From contig CAUVXB020000001.1 of the NCBI GenBank assembly GCA_963555825.3, forward strand, positions 2,304,001 to 2,368,000: a DNA stretch of 64,000 bases, in the 5' to 3' direction. Positions 33,432-44,367 of this stretch are shown here, in pieces (the stretch's first letter is position 1; the number at the start of each line of letters is the position of its first letter). Origin of the DNA: Alphaproteobacteria bacterium (GTDB taxonomy: Bacteria; Pseudomonadota; Alphaproteobacteria; JAAXGF01). A model generated the notes under the pieces. It saw only the letters and a program-made list of their open reading frames with translations, did not search any database and was not told the origin of the DNA. The position numbers and the translations under genes are program-made.

Positions 33432-33767
33432 TCAGACGCGGAACGATTCGCCGCAGCCGCAGCGGCCAATCTCGTTCGGGTTGTTGAAGACGAAACCCGA
33501 ATGGAGCTTCTCCTCGACGTAGTCCATCTCGGCGCCGACCAGGAAGACCGCCGCCTCGGCGTCGACCACGACGGTCACGCCCTTGTCGTCGATGACCTGA
33601 TCGCCGGCATTCGCTGCCTCGGCGAAATCGATCGTGTAGGCCATGCCCGAGCAGCCGGCGTTGCGCACGCCGACGCGGAGGCCGAACTTGCCCTCGCCCT
33701 GCTCGCTCATCAGATGCTTGATGCGCACGGCGGCGGCGTCGGTCACGGTGATGGTCGATGTCGTCAC
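33432..33767 (-). CDS. iscA: Fe-S cluster assembly A-type carrier
   Basis: GCSGMAY, FNNPNE..CGCGESF. Confidence 0.92.
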   Translation of the reverse strand: MTTSTITVTDAAAVRIKHLMSEQGEGKFGLRVGVRNAGCSGMAYTIDFAEAANAGDQVIDDKGVTVVVDAEAAVFLVGAEMDYVEEKLHSGFVFNNPNEIGRCGCGESFRV

Positions 33768-33906
33768 GTCGCAACTCCCGAATTAGCGGTGGTCAACACA
33801 CTATATAGCCGTTTTTGGCGCAGTTTGAAGAGATAACACCAATATTTCCGTGCGCTTACTTAGGGCGACCCGTCGCGCGAGTCCATCGTTCTTTGGGCGC
33901 TTCGCC

Positions 33907-35103
33907 TCACGCGCTCTCGCGCACCGCGCCGGCGCGCAAGGCGATGACGTGCTCGACGACCGCGTCGATCACGTGGTCGATTTCGGCCTCGGTCGTGAAG
34001 CGGCCGACGCCGAAGCGGATCGAGCCGTCGGCCCGCGCGTCGTCGAGACCGATTGCACGCAGCACGTAGGACGGCTCGACCGCGGCCGAGGTGCAGGCCG
34101 AGCCGGTCGAGACCGCGACATCAGGCATCGCCTCCATCAAAGCCTGGGCCTCGACGCCGGCGAAGCTGAGGTTCAGGTTGCCGGGGATGCGGCGGGCCAT
34201 GCCACCGTTCGTGTAGACGCCGTCGAGCCGCGCCGCAATGCCGTTCATCAGCCGGTCACGCAGCTCGCGCAGACGCCCGGCCTCGCCCGCCATCTCGTCG
34301 CCGGCGATGCGGCAGGCGACGCCCAGACCGACGCAGAGCGGCGTCGGCAGCGTGCCCGAGCGATTGCCCCGCTCCTGTCCGCCACCGTCGATCAACGGCA
34401 CCAGGCGCACCCGTGGCCGGCGGCGCACGTAGAGCGCGCCGATGCCCTTGGGCCCGTACATCTTGTGCCCCGATAGGCTCATCAGGTCGATGTTCATTGC
34501 GTTGACGTCGAGCGACATCTTGCCGACTGCCTGCGCGCAATCGCTGTGGAACAGGGCGCCCACGGGGCGGCAGATCGCGCCGACCTCGGCAAGCGGCTGG
34601 ATGACGCCGATCTCGTTGTTGACCGCCATGACCGAGACCGCGATGGTGCGCTCATCAACCAACGTGGCGAGCGTTGCGAGGTCGATCAAGCCGCCGTCGT
34701 CGATCGGCGCCCAGGCGACCTCGAAGCCCTCGCGCTCGAGGCGCTTGCAGGTTTCGATGACGCATTTGTGCTCGGTCGCCACGCTGACGATCTTGTTGCG
34801 TTTGCGCCTGTTGATGTCGCGCTGGAAATAGGCGGCGCCCTTGAGCGCCAGGTTGTTCGATTCGGTCGCGCCCGAGGTGAAGACGATCTCGCGCGGTTCG
34901 GCGCCGATCAACGCGGCGACCTCGGCGCGCGCCGCCTCGACCGCCGTGGCCGCCTCGGCGCCAAAGGCGTGACTCACCGAATGGGGGTTGCCGAACATCT
35001 CCGTGAAGTAGGGCAGCATGGCGTCGACGACGCGTACGTCGGCCGGCGTCGTCGCCTGATAGTCGAGATAGATCGGCAGTGAGAGGTGCGGGGCTTCAGA
35101 CAT
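33907..35103 (-). CDS. iscS: Cysteine desulfurase IscS
   Basis: [25 protein letters not shown]. Confidence 0.93.
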   Translation of the reverse strand: MSEAPHLSLPIYLDYQATTPADVRVVDAMLPYFTEMFGNPHSVSHAFGAEAATAVEAARAEVAALIGAEPREIVFTSGATESNNLALKGAAYFQRDINRRKRNKIVSVATEHKCVIETCKRLEREGFEVAWAPIDDGGLIDLATLATLVDERTIAVSVMAVNNEIGVIQPLAEVGAICRPVGALFHSDCAQAVGKMSLDVNAMNIDLMSLSGHKMYGPKGIGALYVRRRPRVRLVPLIDGGGQERGNRSGTLPTPLCVGLGVACRIAGDEMAGEAGRLRELRDRLMNGIAARLDGVYTNGGMARRIPGNLNLSFAGVEAQALMEAMPDVAVSTGSACTSAAVEPSYVLRAIGLDDARADGSIRFGVGRFTTEAEIDHVIDAVVEHVIALRAGAVRESA

Positions 35104-35112
35104 CGATACGCC

Positions 35113-36231
35113 TCACGCCGCCGTCAGCGACGCGGTGTCGCGCCGCCGATCGTAGAGCGCGCGCCAGGCCTCGACCAGCCGCTCGACGTCGGCCGTCGTC
35201 GAGCGCCAGCCCAGGCTGACGCGGATGGCGTCGCCGGCATTCGCGCCGGCGCCCATGGCCTGAAGCACATGCGAGGCGGTAACCTTGCCCGACGAGCACG
35301 CCGATCCGGCGCTGACCGCGACGCCGGCGAGGTCGAGCGCCATGACCTGGGTCTCGCCCGCCGTGCCCGGCAGCGCGATGCATGTCGTGTTGCACAGCCT
35401 GGGCACGGCGTCGCCGAACACGACGGCCTCGGGCGCGATGGCCCGGATACACCGCTCCACATCGTCGCGCAGCGCGGCAATGCGGCCGACGTCAGCGAGG
35501 TCGTCCCCCGCCAGCTCGACGGCAACGCCAAAGCCTACGATGCCGGCGGCGTTCTCGGTGCCCGCGCGGCGACCCATCTCCTGGCGGCCGCCATGAAGCG
35601 ACGGTCCGAGCGCGACGCCGTCGCCGACGATCAGCGCGCCGACGCCTTGGGGCCCGCCCAGCTTGTGCGCGGACAAGGTCATCATATCGGCGCCCAGCGC
35701 GGTGAAATCGACCCCGATACGGCCGGGCGCCTGCACCGCGTCGCAGTGCAACAGCGCGCCATGGGCATGCGCGAGCGCCGCGGCCTCGGCGACCGGCTGG
35801 ATGACGCCGGTCTCGTTGTTGGCCGCCATCACCGAGACCAGCGCCGGCCGGTCGTCGGCGGCGAGCGCCGCCTCGAGCGCGGCGAGATCGACCACGCCAT
35901 CGGTGTCGACCGGAACCAGGGCCGCGTCGGGCGCCGCGCGCAGCACCGAATCATGCTCGATCGCCGAGACGATCAGGCGCGCCCGGCCGCTGCCGACAAG
36001 CGCCAGGTTGTTGGCCTCGGTGCCGCCCGATGTGAACACGACCTGGTCCGGCGGCGCGCCCACCAGCGTGGCGACGCGCTCGCGTGCGTCGTCGATCGCG
36101 CGGCGCGCCAGCCGGCCGAAGCGATGCACCGACGAGGCGTTGCCAGCGAGGTCATGGGCCCCCGCCACGGCCGCCGCGACGGCGGGCTTGACCGGGACGC
36201 TGGCGTTATAGTCGAGGTAGCACGGCGTCAC
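35113..36231 (-). CDS. iscS: Cysteine desulfurase (second IscS/NifS paralog)
   Basis: YLDYNAS, SAHKLGGPQG, GSACSSG; GTG overlaps iscR stop. Confidence 0.9.
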   Translation of the reverse strand: MTPCYLDYNASVPVKPAVAAAVAGAHDLAGNASSVHRFGRLARRAIDDARERVATLVGAPPDQVVFTSGGTEANNLALVGSGRARLIVSAIEHDSVLRAAPDAALVPVDTDGVVDLAALEAALAADDRPALVSVMAANNETGVIQPVAEAAALAHAHGALLHCDAVQAPGRIGVDFTALGADMMTLSAHKLGGPQGVGALIVGDGVALGPSLHGGRQEMGRRAGTENAAGIVGFGVAVELAGDDLADVGRIAALRDDVERCIRAIAPEAVVFGDAVPRLCNTTCIALPGTAGETQVMALDLAGVAVSAGSACSSGKVTASHVLQAMGAGANAGDAIRVSLGWRSTTADVERLVEAWRALYDRRRDTASLTAA

Positions 36232-36710
36232 CTGATGACCCGCAGATCGGCGGTCTCGCGCGCCGCCTCGCCGTGACGGATCAGGCCGCTGGTGCCGAGC
36301 ACCCGGCCGCTGCGGACCTCTTCGAGCGAGACCGAGCTCAAATACAGATAAATCTGGTTGCCGAGCTCTTCCCACAGGTCGTGGGTCAGGCAGCGGCTCT
36401 TGTTGCCGCGGCAGCCTGTCGGCGAGCCAGGCTGACAGCGCGTCGCCCGGATCGGTTCGTCGACCGCGAGGATGATGTCGGAGATCCGGATGTCCGTGGC
36501 ATCACGTGCCAGTTTGTAGCCGCCGCCGGGGCCACGCACGCTGTTCACCAGATGGCCGCGTCTCAACTTGCCGAAAAGCTGCTCCAGGTAGGACAGCGAA
36601 ATTTCCTGGCGCTGTGCGATGGCGGCCAGCGGGATCGGCTGACCACGGCTCTTGTTGGCCAGATCGGCCATCGCCATCACGGCGTAGCGTCCCCGTGTGC
36701 TTAGTTTCAC
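36228..36710 (-). CDS. iscR: Rrf2-family regulator IscR
   Basis: MKLSTRGRYAV, SVRGPGGGY, three Cys plus THDLW. Confidence 0.93.
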   Translation of the reverse strand: MKLSTRGRYAVMAMADLANKSRGQPIPLAAIAQRQEISLSYLEQLFGKLRRGHLVNSVRGPGGGYKLARDATDIRISDIILAVDEPIRATRCQPGSPTGCRGNKSRCLTHDLWEELGNQIYLYLSSVSLEEVRSGRVLGTSGLIRHGEAARETADLRVIR

Positions 36711-36725
36711 TTGTCGTCTCCCTGT

Positions 36726-37475
36726 TCAGGACGCCGTTGGCTTGTCGGCGTTCTCGTCTTCGTCGTCGTAGCGGCCTGGCGTCACACGCGCGAGCCGGTC
36801 GAGTTCGCGCTCGAGTTCCTGGACCCGCGCCGACAGCGTGCCGACGTGTTCGAGCAGCCCATCGATGGCGCGGCTGACCGGATCGGGCAGGTCGGGCGAT
36901 GGCGTGCCGTAGGCGTCGAACTTCTGGGGCCGCGCCTTGTCGCGCGGGCCGACCGGCCGCGCCGGGATACCGACCACCGTGGCGCCCTCGGGCACCTCTT
37001 TGAGGACCACCGAGTTGGCGCCGACGCGGGCGTTGCGGCCGACCGTGATGGGGCCCAGCACCTGGGCGCCCGAGCCGACGATGACACCGTCGTCGAGCGT
37101 CGGATGGCGCTTCTGGTTGACCTGCGACGCCGCATCGACCGATGGCGCGATGCCGCCCAACGTGACGTCGTGGTAGAGCGTCACGTCGTCGCCGATTTCC
37201 GCCGTCTCGCCGATCACGACGCCCATGCCGTGGTCGATGAAGAACCGATAGCCGATCTTCACGCCGGGGTGAATCTCGATGCCCGTCAGGAAGCGCCCGA
37301 GATGCGAGATGAAGCGCCCCAGAAGCTTGAGGTGGCTGTTCCACGCCCAATGCGCCACGCGGTAGAACTGGATCGCGTGAAAACTCGGGTAGCACAGAAT
37401 GACCTCCAGGCGCGTGCGCACCGCCGGGTCGCGCTCGAAGACGACATCTATATCTTCGCGAAGTCTCTTGAACAT
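36726..37475 (-). CDS. cysE: Serine O-acetyltransferase
   Basis: [27 protein letters not shown]. Confidence 0.96.
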   Translation of the reverse strand: MFKRLREDIDVVFERDPAVRTRLEVILCYPSFHAIQFYRVAHWAWNSHLKLLGRFISHLGRFLTGIEIHPGVKIGYRFFIDHGMGVVIGETAEIGDDVTLYHDVTLGGIAPSVDAASQVNQKRHPTLDDGVIVGSGAQVLGPITVGRNARVGANSVVLKEVPEGATVVGIPARPVGPRDKARPQKFDAYGTPSPDLPDPVSRAIDGLLEHVGTLSARVQELERELDRLARVTPGRYDDEDENADKPTAS

Positions 37476-37542
37476 TACCGTTCCCGCCGACTAATATACC
37501 GTCTGGCCTGATCGACGATGTCGAACAGGCCACAAAACCGTC

Positions 37543-37594
37543 ACAGTCAACTCAATCGGTCATATATATTTCCCGACTCACCCGGTCAAGTTTA
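37543..37594 (-). promoter_or_regulatory. Two tandem IscR/Rrf2-like operator sites upstream of cysE-iscR
   Basis: Minus strand AAACTTGACCGGGTGAGTCGGGAAA and TATATGACCGATTGAGTTGACTGT resemble type-1 IscR boxes. Confidence 0.55.
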
Positions 37595-37702
37595 GGCCCT
37601 GCGTTTTTACCGATGCCGGGTGAATGTCCCTACTCGTGGGTCGGGTATATTTGCCGATGTGTTGGCCGACCGCCAGCTTTGAATTCATGACATATGGAAT
37701 AG

Positions 37703-38362
37703 GTGACGATGCCTGAGGTGTTCGTCAACGGCCCCGAAGGCCGGCTCGAAGGGCGCTATAAGCACGGTGACCGGCCCGACGCGCCGGTCGCCCTCGTGCT
37801 CCATCCGCACCCGCAGTACGGCGGGACGATGAACAACAAGGTGGCCTACACGCTGTATCAGTCGTTTAGCCAGTTGGGATTCTCGGTGCTGCGCATCAAT
37901 TTTCGCGGCGTCGGTCGCAGCCAGGGCGAATTCGACAACGGCCCCGGCGAGCTGAGTGACGCCGCCTCGGCGCTCGACTGGCTGCAGGGCTTCAACCCGA
38001 ACGCGTCGAGCTGCTGGATCGGCGGCTTCTCGTTCGGCGCCTGGATCGCCATGCAGGTCTTGATGCGCCGGCCCGAGATCGCCGGCTTCATCGCCGTGTC
38101 GCCGCCCGCCAATATGTACGAATTCACCTTCCTGGCGCCCTGCCCGTCGTCCGGGCTGATCCTTCATGGCAGCGCCGACGAGTTGGTGCCCGAGCCGGTC
38201 GTCGCTACGCTGGCGGAAAAACTGTCGCTGCAGAAGAACATCACGATCGACTACGACATCGTCGATGGCGCCGACCATTTCTTCCAGAACCACATCGAGA
38301 CGTTTACCGAGCGGGTTGACCGCTATCTCGCGCGCCGTCTCAAGGCCGCCGCCAGTAGCTAG
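37703..38362 (+). CDS. Alpha/beta hydrolase (conserved neighbour of cysE/isc)
   Basis: HPHPQYGGTMNN, NFRGVGRSQG, GFSFG, ADHFF. Confidence 0.9.
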   Translation: MTMPEVFVNGPEGRLEGRYKHGDRPDAPVALVLHPHPQYGGTMNNKVAYTLYQSFSQLGFSVLRINFRGVGRSQGEFDNGPGELSDAASALDWLQGFNPNASSCWIGGFSFGAWIAMQVLMRRPEIAGFIAVSPPANMYEFTFLAPCPSSGLILHGSADELVPEPVVATLAEKLSLQKNITIDYDIVDGADHFFQNHIETFTERVDRYLARRLKAAASS

Positions 38363-38375
38363 TGGATAGATTCGA

Positions 38376-39473
38376 CTAGTGGCGGTGCAACGCGCCACCG
38401 GTTAGCGGCCGCGGCGCGCCGGTCGTGCCCGGCACGGTTAGCGCGAGGCCGTCGAGCGCGCGCACGGCGAGATAGGCGAAGGCCTGCGCCTCGAGCGCGT
38501 CGCCGTCCCATCCGACCGCCTCGACCGGCTCGACCGGCACGCCGAGCGCCGCCACAAGCTCGGCCATCAGAACTGGGTTGTGGCGCCCGCCGCCACCGAC
38601 CAGCCAGCGTCGCGGCGCTTCGGCGAGGTGGTCGCGCGCCCTGACCACCGCGCCGACGGTGAACGCCGTAAGTGTCGCCGCGCCATCGGACGCCGAGAGA
38701 CCATCGAGCGCCGCGACGGCGCCCGCGAAGTCGTCGCGGTCGAGCGATTTGGGCGGCGGCCGATCGAAATATGGGTTGTCGAGCAGGCCCGCCAGAATGT
38801 CGTCGTGCACCGTACCCACGCGCGCCAGTGCCCCGTCGGCGTCGAACCGCCCGCCGCCGTGCCGCGCCACCCAGTCGTCGACCAAGGCGTTGCCGGGGCC
38901 GGTATCGAAAGCGCAGATCGCGTCGTCTTCGCCCAGCCCATCTTCGCCCAACCAGGTCACGTTGCCGACGCCGCCGAGGTTGAGCACGGCGAGCGGCCGA
39001 TCGAGCGGCGACGCCAGCGCCGCATGGTAAAGCGGCGCCAGTGGCGCGCCCTGTCCACCGGCCGCCACGTCGTGGCTGCGTAAATCGCAGATCACGTCGA
39101 TCCCGGTACGCTCGGCGAGCAACGCGCCATCGCCGATCTGCCACGTGATCGCCTCGTCCGGGCGATGGACGATGGTGTGACCGTGAAAGCCGATGACATC
39201 GACCTCCTCGGCCGCCACGCCGGCCTCGGCGAGCAGCGCCGCGACCGCCTCGGCATGCGCCACGGTGACGTCGCGCTGGACGGCCATGACATCGCCCCGG
39301 CCGCCCAGACTGGCGCGCAGGCGGTCGCGCAGGCCGGCGTCGTAGGCGCGGGTCGCGCTCGCGCCGGGATGCGCCGTGGCGCGCCCGTCGGTGCGCAACA
39401 GCGCGGCGTCGATGCCGTCGAGCGAGGTGCCGCTCATCAGGCCAAGCGCGAGTCGTTCGTTTCCTGCGCTCAT
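38376..39473 (-). CDS. anmK: Anhydro-N-acetylmuramic acid kinase
   Basis: GLMSGTSLDGID, GGQGAPL, FDTGPGN, PPKSLDR, EAQAFAYLA. Confidence 0.95.
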   Translation of the reverse strand: MSAGNERLALGLMSGTSLDGIDAALLRTDGRATAHPGASATRAYDAGLRDRLRASLGGRGDVMAVQRDVTVAHAEAVAALLAEAGVAAEEVDVIGFHGHTIVHRPDEAITWQIGDGALLAERTGIDVICDLRSHDVAAGGQGAPLAPLYHAALASPLDRPLAVLNLGGVGNVTWLGEDGLGEDDAICAFDTGPGNALVDDWVARHGGGRFDADGALARVGTVHDDILAGLLDNPYFDRPPPKSLDRDDFAGAVAALDGLSASDGAATLTAFTVGAVVRARDHLAEAPRRWLVGGGGRHNPVLMAELVAALGVPVEPVEAVGWDGDALEAQAFAYLAVRALDGLALTVPGTTGAPRPLTGGALHRH

Positions 39474-39603
39474 GTCAGCCTTCTGTGCCGTGGTGCGATC
39501 GAGGCGGGCGGCGTTGTCGGGCGCCGGCGAGTGTGATACATGAGCGGCGCCCGCATGGCCGAGGCCATCATAGCCGAAGCCGCCAACCAATGACCAACCG
39601 GCG

Positions 39604-40860
39604 ATGACCGAAATTCGATCCGACTTTCTGCGCGAGATCACGACGCGTGGTTACTTGCACCAGTGCACCGACATCGAGGCGCTCGATGCCCTGGCAGCCG
39701 GGCCGACGCCCGTCGTCGCCTACGTCGGCTATGACTGCACGGCGCAAAGCCTGCATGTCGGCAACCTGGTCTCGGTTATGATGCTGCGCCTGTTTCAGCG
39801 CACCGGCCACAAGCCGATCGTGCTGCTGGGCGGCGGCACGACGCGGGTCGGCGACCCGTCGGGCAAGGACGAAATGCGCCAAATGCTGGACGACGACGCG
39901 ATCGCGCACAACATGGCCAGCATCGAGGCGGTTTTCCGCAAATACCTCGATTTCGGCGACGGCCCGACCGACGCCATCATGGTCAACAACGCCGACTGGC
40001 TCGACGAACTGAACTATATCGGCTTCATGCGCGACTACGGCCATCACTTCTCGGTCAACCGCATGCTGAGATTCGATTCGGTCAAGCTGCGTCTCGACCG
40101 CGAGCAGCCGCTGACCTTCATCGAGTTCAACTACATGGTGCTGCAGGCCTACGATTTCGTCGAACTCGCCAGGCGCCACGGCTGCGCACTGCAGATGGGC
40201 GGCTCGGACCAGTGGGGCAACATCGTCAACGGCGTTGAGCTCGGCCGCCGCGTCGACGGCACCGCGCTTCATGGCCTGACAACGCCGCTCATCACGACCG
40301 CGTCGGGTGCCAAGATGGGCAAGACCGCGCAGGGTGCGGTTTGGCTTAACGCCGACATGCTGTCGCCCTACGACTACTGGCAGTTCTGGCGCAACACCGA
40401 CGACGACGACGTCGGCCGCTTCATGCGCCTGTTCACCGAGCTGCCCGCGGACGAGATCGACGGCTTCGAAGCGCTCGGGGGTGCCGAGGTAAACGACGCT
40501 AAGCAGCGCCTCGCGGAGGCGGCGACGACCCTGTGCCATGGCGCCGAAGCCGCCAAGGCGGCGGCGCAAACGGCGCAGAAGACGTTCGGCGAGGGCGCCT
40601 ATGGCGGCGCGTTGCCGGTGGTCGACGTGCCGCGCGTCGAGCTCGAGGACGGTATCGCCGCCTTCGAGCTGTTCCGCAGATCCGAGCTCTGCGCGACCGG
40701 GGGGGAGGCGCGTCGCCTGATCAAGGGCGGCGGCGCGCGTGTCAACGACGCGCCGATTGCGTCGGAGACCACGTCGGTGACGCTGAGCGACGTCAACGCC
40801 GAGGGGATCATCAAGCTGTCGGCCGGCAAGAAGCGCCACGCGTTGGTGCGCGCCGTCTAA
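39604..40860 (+). CDS. tyrS: Tyrosine--tRNA ligase
   Basis: [23 protein letters not shown]4 domain. Confidence 0.97.
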   Translation: MTEIRSDFLREITTRGYLHQCTDIEALDALAAGPTPVVAYVGYDCTAQSLHVGNLVSVMMLRLFQRTGHKPIVLLGGGTTRVGDPSGKDEMRQMLDDDAIAHNMASIEAVFRKYLDFGDGPTDAIMVNNADWLDELNYIGFMRDYGHHFSVNRMLRFDSVKLRLDREQPLTFIEFNYMVLQAYDFVELARRHGCALQMGGSDQWGNIVNGVELGRRVDGTALHGLTTPLITTASGAKMGKTAQGAVWLNADMLSPYDYWQFWRNTDDDDVGRFMRLFTELPADEIDGFEALGGAEVNDAKQRLAEAATTLCHGAEAAKAAAQTAQKTFGEGAYGGALPVVDVPRVELEDGIAAFELFRRSELCATGGEARRLIKGGGARVNDAPIASETTSVTLSDVNAEGIIKLSAGKKRHALVRAV

Positions 40861-40867
40861 TACCGAA

Positions 40868-41162
40868 TACCAAGGATCAATGATAAAGACCCATAGAGAT
40901 CGCGTCCGCTTTTCGCCGGGTAGGCAAGGATGCCGCGGGCGATGCAGCGCATCGGCTAGGCAATCTGGCGCCCTCCGGCGATAAGCGGACGCGACCCGAA
41001 GGGCGGCTTGCCGAGGCTCTCGCCCGCTATCAGATTGGCGGACGTCGTTGCGCCCGCCTTGCGATGCGCTGCATCGCCGCGACGGGCGCGCCTAGCCGAG
41101 AACCACGGCAAGCCGTCTCTAGGGGCCTTTATCACTGATCCTTGGTATATACCAAGGATCAG
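40868..41162. mobile_element. MITE-like element with ~32-bp terminal inverted repeats and nested palindromes
   Basis: TACCAAGGATCAATGATAAAGACCCATAGAGA vs rc of 41116-41147 TACCAAGGATCAGTGATAAAGGCCCCTAGAGA; internal IR 40901-40919/40975-40993. Confidence 0.7.
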
Positions 41163-41176
41163 GCGCGCGCGCCGCG

Positions 41177-44100
41177 CTACTTGTCGGTCTCGGTCGAATC
41201 GACGCTGTCGTCGTCCTCGGACTTGCCGTTACCGCCACTATCGAAGACCGAGAACATCTCACGAAGAATTCCCGGCGCCAGCGCGGCCAACGGGTTGACG
41301 GTGACCTCGGGATCGTCCATTGGTCCGGTCATGCGATAGGTCGCCGCGAACACCCCGCCACCCTTCGGGCCGACCAAGAGCTCGCGAAGCACCGGGATCT
41401 TTTCGACTATGCTCTGGACCGTATGGTACGGCACCAGAGTCCCATTTATGTCGATAGTCTCGGCTGCGAGATCGGCCTGGCCCTCGGTGGTCAAGCCGAT
41501 GGCGAGACCCGACGCCCGGGCCTCCTTGATCTTGATGATGTCGCCGCGCTTGATGAACGGCGCGACGAGCGTCGCGAACGGCAGCCCCTCGCCCTTCAAC
41601 AGGTCGAAGACGCCGGTCAGCGATGCGACCGCCAAGACCTTGGCGAGCAACGGCGCCTTGACGACCTTGAAGTCGGCTATCCTCAACTCACCGATAATGG
41701 CGTCGTCCTTGCCATCCAGGTTCGCCCGGAGCGCCAAGCGGCCGCCGATCATGTTGTCGTAAACGTCGAAACTGCGCAGCACCGCGCCGGCGTTGTCCGA
41801 AGTGACCGTGAGGATGCGGCCGACGTCGCTCGGGTCGATACTCACCAACAACTTTTTCTCGCCGGAAAACGCGCCGGAAAGCTTGAGACCGTCCCACCGG
41901 TCGTTGCGATAACGCAGCGCCGCCTCGACCGCGTGGAGCGAATAGCTGTCGTCCAGGATGACCTGGTCGAGCTGGGCGGTAATGTTCAAGGGCGGCGTCG
42001 ATTCGGCGGCGCCCGCGTCGATCTCGTCGAAATACGGCCTGAGGTCGAGGCTGGGGCCGCTGAGCGCGATGCCGAAGCCGCCTTCGGCGGTCGGCACGAC
42101 GGCGACCGCGACGCGCGTCTCGCCGAAATCCAGCCGGTTGAGATCAATGCGCCGAAATTGTCCGGTCGCCGGATCAAGTTCGGCGCGCCCGCTCAGCGCC
42201 ATGTCGCCGCCGGCGTATTCGATCTCATCGACCATCAGCGGCGCGCCGGGCGCCTGATGGACCTTGAGCTGAAGCAGGCCTTCGGTGCCGACCGGTTTGT
42301 TCCAGGGGATGCCGGGCACCTTGACATCAGCGTCGATCAACTCGGCGCTGGAGTGCCAGCGGCGGCTGCCGTCCACGAAATCGACGATCTCGACGTCCAT
42401 GTCGACCGAACCCGTGACGAACGCGTTACCCGGTACGCCGAGGGTCGCGCGCTCGGTGTCGTCAAATTCGCCTTGCAGGGTGTATCGGCGTTTGAATTCG
42501 GCGCCGTCACCGAAGTTCTCGCGCCACGTGACGGCCGCCGGAACGCCGTCGAGTTTCATCGGGCCCGAGACGTCCATGCCATCGAGATCGAGTGCCAGCG
42601 CCAACGCACCCTCGCTGACGTCATAGCCACCGAATACGTCGGTGACTGCAACGTCCTCGAGCATCGAGCTCGCCGCGATATCGACATCATCGAAACCGAG
42701 ATCGTTGGAGAGCGGGAACCACAACCGCAGTTCCGTCGATCCCGCGCCCGAAATCGCGGCGGGAGAAATACCCAGACGTTGCGCGTAGTTGAGCCGCGGA
42801 TGGGCGAGCACGTCGATCGCATCACGAATCGGCCCATCGATGGTCAACACGATCGTCATGTCGTCTTCGACGCCGAGGCCGATGATCGAAAGATCGCCCT
42901 TCACGACACGCAGACCCGCCAGGCTGCCGCTGGTCGTGGTCATGCGAAACTCGGTCCCGGTCAAATGGGCGGTCGCGTCGACGCCGTGGATCTTGGGCAG
43001 CGGATCGAGGTAGTTGACCGTGAAGCCCTCGAGCTCCAGCGCCATCGCCACGGCATCGTCGGGCAGCCGCTCTTTGGCGTAGTCTTCGGGGCGCAGACTG
43101 AGCGTCGTCTCCGCCTTGCGGACGACGCCGTCGGTCAGGTTGGCGAAGATCCAGCGGCGCGCATCCGCGCCCAGCGCGGGCGGCCAATAGCGGTCCAACT
43201 CGTCGACCGGCATATCACGGATGGTCAGCCCGGCGGCGATGAACGGCGTATCGATATCGCCTTCCAGCAATGCCTGGCCACCGACCGTCGGCCCACCGAC
43301 GTCGAGGAAGGCATCGTCGAGCCGAAGCCGCCGCGGCGACGCGGTGAACACCCCCCTGGCGTGACCGAAGGCGACCGCGACGTCGTCCTCGAGCAGCCCC
43401 TCGAGCGTAAAGGCGCCGGCTCCGACGCTGAGATCGAAGACGAGCTCGGTCAGCGTAAGATCGGCATCGAGGTCGATGTCGACACCGCCGCTCACGGGCA
43501 GGCGAACGGCCGCCAGCGCGGCGAACTGCGGCGCCTGTTCGGCAAACCACTGGGGGTCGATCTCGACGAAATCGATATGCGCCGAATAGCCGCCACCGTC
43601 GATCCTGTAACGGCCGTAACCGGTGAAGCCGGCGATGTGACCGGCGACAACAAGGTCGATCGAGGCGGCGGCGGCAATGCCGGCATCGTCGCGGGCGAAG
43701 CTCACCGTCACGTGCGGCGCCTGCCAGGACAGCCCCAGACGCTGGTCCTCGACGGTAAGCCTGGCGTTGATGATGCTGAGGTTGGTCAGGTACCCCATGG
43801 CGCGCGACGTATCGGGCGGCGCGAGCAGGTCGGTAAACAGCAGTTCGGATGGATCCCCCGCCACGTCGGCGACGTCGCCGAAGCCGAGCGAGATGCGCCC
43901 GTCGACATCGCGCACCACGCGAAATTCCGGTTGAATGATCTCGAGCCTGGTGGGCGCGACGATGCCGCGCAGCATCGCCGGCACGCTGAGTGCGATCGAA
44001 ATCTCGGGCGCGGTCGCCGCGACGGCGCCGTCCACCTCGACCACGGTAATGTCGATCAGGCGGATATCGAGCGTCCGTTCCCAGCCGGCCCAGGCGAGAA

Positions 44101-44341
44101 TCGTGTCGGAAAACTCGACGTGATAGCGCGAGTCGCTCTGGCGCAGCGCGTCGGCGAGATAGGGTGTCAGAAGGCTGAGCGAGATCGGCCCGGTCGCCAG
44201 ATGCCAGGCGGCCGTGGCGAACACGATCGCGACCGCGCCGACGGCCGCGGCCACGACGTGGAGAACAATTCTTGCGGCCGGGCGAATCACGTGTACTTTC
44301 GAGCCTCTCACCAACTTGACCGACCTCGGCGGTTCGCGCAC
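41177..44341 (-). CDS. YhdP/AsmA-like (DUF3971) envelope protein
   Basis: N-terminal TM, GPISL, WPPALGADARRWI, C-terminal VTVNPLAALAPGILR; divergent from glnE; start may be GTG 44290. Confidence 0.88.
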   Translation of the reverse strand: MREPPRSVKLVRGSKVHVIRPAARIVLHVVAAAVGAVAIVFATAAWHLATGPISLSLLTPYLADALRQSDSRYHVEFSDTILAWAGWERTLDIRLIDITVVEVDGAVAATAPEISIALSVPAMLRGIVAPTRLEIIQPEFRVVRDVDGRISLGFGDVADVAGDPSELLFTDLLAPPDTSRAMGYLTNLSIINARLTVEDQRLGLSWQAPHVTVSFARDDAGIAAAASIDLVVAGHIAGFTGYGRYRIDGGGYSAHIDFVEIDPQWFAEQAPQFAALAAVRLPVSGGVDIDLDADLTLTELVFDLSVGAGAFTLEGLLEDDVAVAFGHARGVFTASPRRLRLDDAFLDVGGPTVGGQALLEGDIDTPFIAAGLTIRDMPVDELDRYWPPALGADARRWIFANLTDGVVRKAETTLSLRPEDYAKERLPDDAVAMALELEGFTVNYLDPLPKIHGVDATAHLTGTEFRMTTTSGSLAGLRVVKGDLSIIGLGVEDDMTIVLTIDGPIRDAIDVLAHPRLNYAQRLGISPAAISGAGSTELRLWFPLSNDLGFDDVDIAASSMLEDVAVTDVFGGYDVSEGALALALDLDGMDVSGPMKLDGVPAAVTWRENFGDGAEFKRRYTLQGEFDDTERATLGVPGNAFVTGSVDMDVEIVDFVDGSRRWHSSAELIDADVKVPGIPWNKPVGTEGLLQLKVHQAPGAPLMVDEIEYAGGDMALSGRAELDPATGQFRRIDLNRLDFGETRVAVAVVPTAEGGFGIALSGPSLDLRPYFDEIDAGAAESTPPLNITAQLDQVILDDSYSLHAVEAALRYRNDRWDGLKLSGAFSGEKKLLVSIDPSDVGRILTVTSDNAGAVLRSFDVYDNMIGGRLALRANLDGKDDAIIGELRIADFKVVKAPLLAKVLAVASLTGVFDLLKGEGLPFATLVAPFIKRGDIIKIKEARASGLAIGLTTEGQADLAAETIDINGTLVPYHTVQSIVEKIPVLRELLVGPKGGGVFAATYRMTGPMDDPEVTVNPLAALAPGILREMFSVFDSGGNGKSEDDDSVDSTETDK

Positions 44342-44367
44342 TGTGCGACGAATCGTTAAAGCGCCGA

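Noticed and set aside
41423-44359. Long antisense ORFs (978 aa here; also 24499-26952, 21952-23946)
   Set aside because: Shadow frames of real genes in GC-rich DNA with no recognisable motifs
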